From contig NZ_CP027570.1 in NCBI RefSeq assembly GCF_003010495.1, positions 390,001 to 422,000 on the forward strand: a stretch of 32,000 bases of DNA. The letters are read 5' to 3'. Source of the DNA: Megasphaera elsdenii DSM 20460. Its GTDB lineage: Bacteria; Bacillota; Negativicutes; Veillonellales; Megasphaeraceae. The translations under genes and the position numbers were made by a program. This document shows, one piece after another, positions 31,602 through 32,000 of the stretch. Position 1 is the first letter of the stretch; each line of letters begins with the position of its first letter. The notes below the pieces were generated by a model. That model saw only the letters and a program-made list of their open reading frames with translations, searched no databases and was not told the DNA's origin.

Positions 31602-32000
31602 CTATTTTTCTTCGTCAGCCTTTTTCTCTTCGTCGTCTTTATCGGTCAGGCCTGTAGTCAGGCCGCCTTTGGGGACGGGGTTGCCCCAGGGGCTGATCTG
31701 TATTTCTGTCTGTTCTGCCTTGGGAGCAGCCGGTTCGGCTTTTTCTTCCTTGGCTTCAGGAGCGGCTGTGGTGTCCGGTGTTCCGGCTTCCGTCGTTTCC
31801 GCCGGGACAGCCGGTGCAGCTTCCGTTTCCTTTTTCTGGTCTTCCGGCCCTTCCAGGGTACCGTACTTGACCAGGTTGTCGACTTGCTGATGGTTGATCG
31901 TTTCGACTTCCATCAGGGCGTCGGCCATATGCTTCAGCGTATCCAGGTGTTCGCGCAGCATGTGGAGTACGTCGGCATAGGCTTCGGATACGGTATCGTG
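31602..32000 (-). CDS. ftsH: ATP-dependent zinc metalloprotease FtsH, C-terminal end (partial; the gene continues beyond the window)
   Basis: The frame is open to the window edge. It translates as ...HDTVSEAYADVLHMLREHLDTLKHMADALMEVETI..., which is FtsH C-terminal helical-domain-like, followed by a Pro/Ala/Glu-rich tail. The position upstream of birA-coaX-dus-lysS fits Firmicutes synteny. Confidence 0.8.
   Translation of the reverse strand, partial: HDTVSEAYADVLHMLREHLDTLKHMADALMEVETINHQQVDNLVKYGTLEGPEDQKKETEAAPAVPAETTEAGTPDTTAAPEAKEEKAEPAAPKAEQTEIQISPWGNPVPKGGLTTGLTDKDDEEKKADEEK

Noticed and set aside
1-32000. tRNA, rRNA, tmRNA, RNase P or other classical RNA genes.
   Set aside because: The intergenic gaps are short. 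They are filled by the hairpin and heptad elements described above. I found no cloverleaf-compatible segment (acceptor stem plus a GTTCRANNC T-loop) or rRNA-like sequence when reading both strands.

Overview
This looks like core chromosome from a Firmicutes-type genome. Supporting that, the gene orders ftsH-birA-coaX-dus-greA-lysS and ecfA1-ecfA2-ecfT-truA are present. It also encodes an OstA/LptD-like outer-membrane barrel, which points to a diderm Negativicutes (Veillonellaceae/Megasphaera-like); the taxon call is inference only. I call 32 CDS, 28 of them on the minus strand and tightly packed. In window order they are: pstSCAB-phoU preceded by phoPR, both with Pho-box-like direct repeats; a secreted 397-aa protein overlapping a short LptD-like barrel gene; a reverse rubrerythrin; a LysR regulator divergent from tandem-Usp and radical-SAM genes; a TVP38 membrane protein; a divergent orphan TrpD paralogue; a terminator-free string DUF805-feoA-feoB-ecfA1-ecfA2-ecfT-truA; a small acidic orphan; uppP; a solitary BrxF-like P-loop gene with its own promoter and terminator; a secreted repeat-module protein; then lysS, greA, dus, coaX, birA and the 3' end of ftsH. 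I saw no rRNA, tRNA, CRISPR array, transposase or integrase. The most unusual signal is non-coding. Nearly every larger intergenic gap carries members of one repeat family with three parts: (i) a conserved terminator hairpin of the type GGGCTTGTCG-loop-CGACAAGCCC; (ii) arrays of degenerate 7-bp units (TAGTGGC/TAGCAGT, GAGTTTG/AAGTTGA, CGTTNNT/CGCAAGN), often as inverted arms; (iii) either a second hairpin with a conserved core (CATGATGGCAGAAACCTTC) or GC-rich CCGTAGGGG modules whose stems show compensatory changes. I could not match this family to any repeat class I know. All homology calls come from motif recognition by eye, and no database search was possible.
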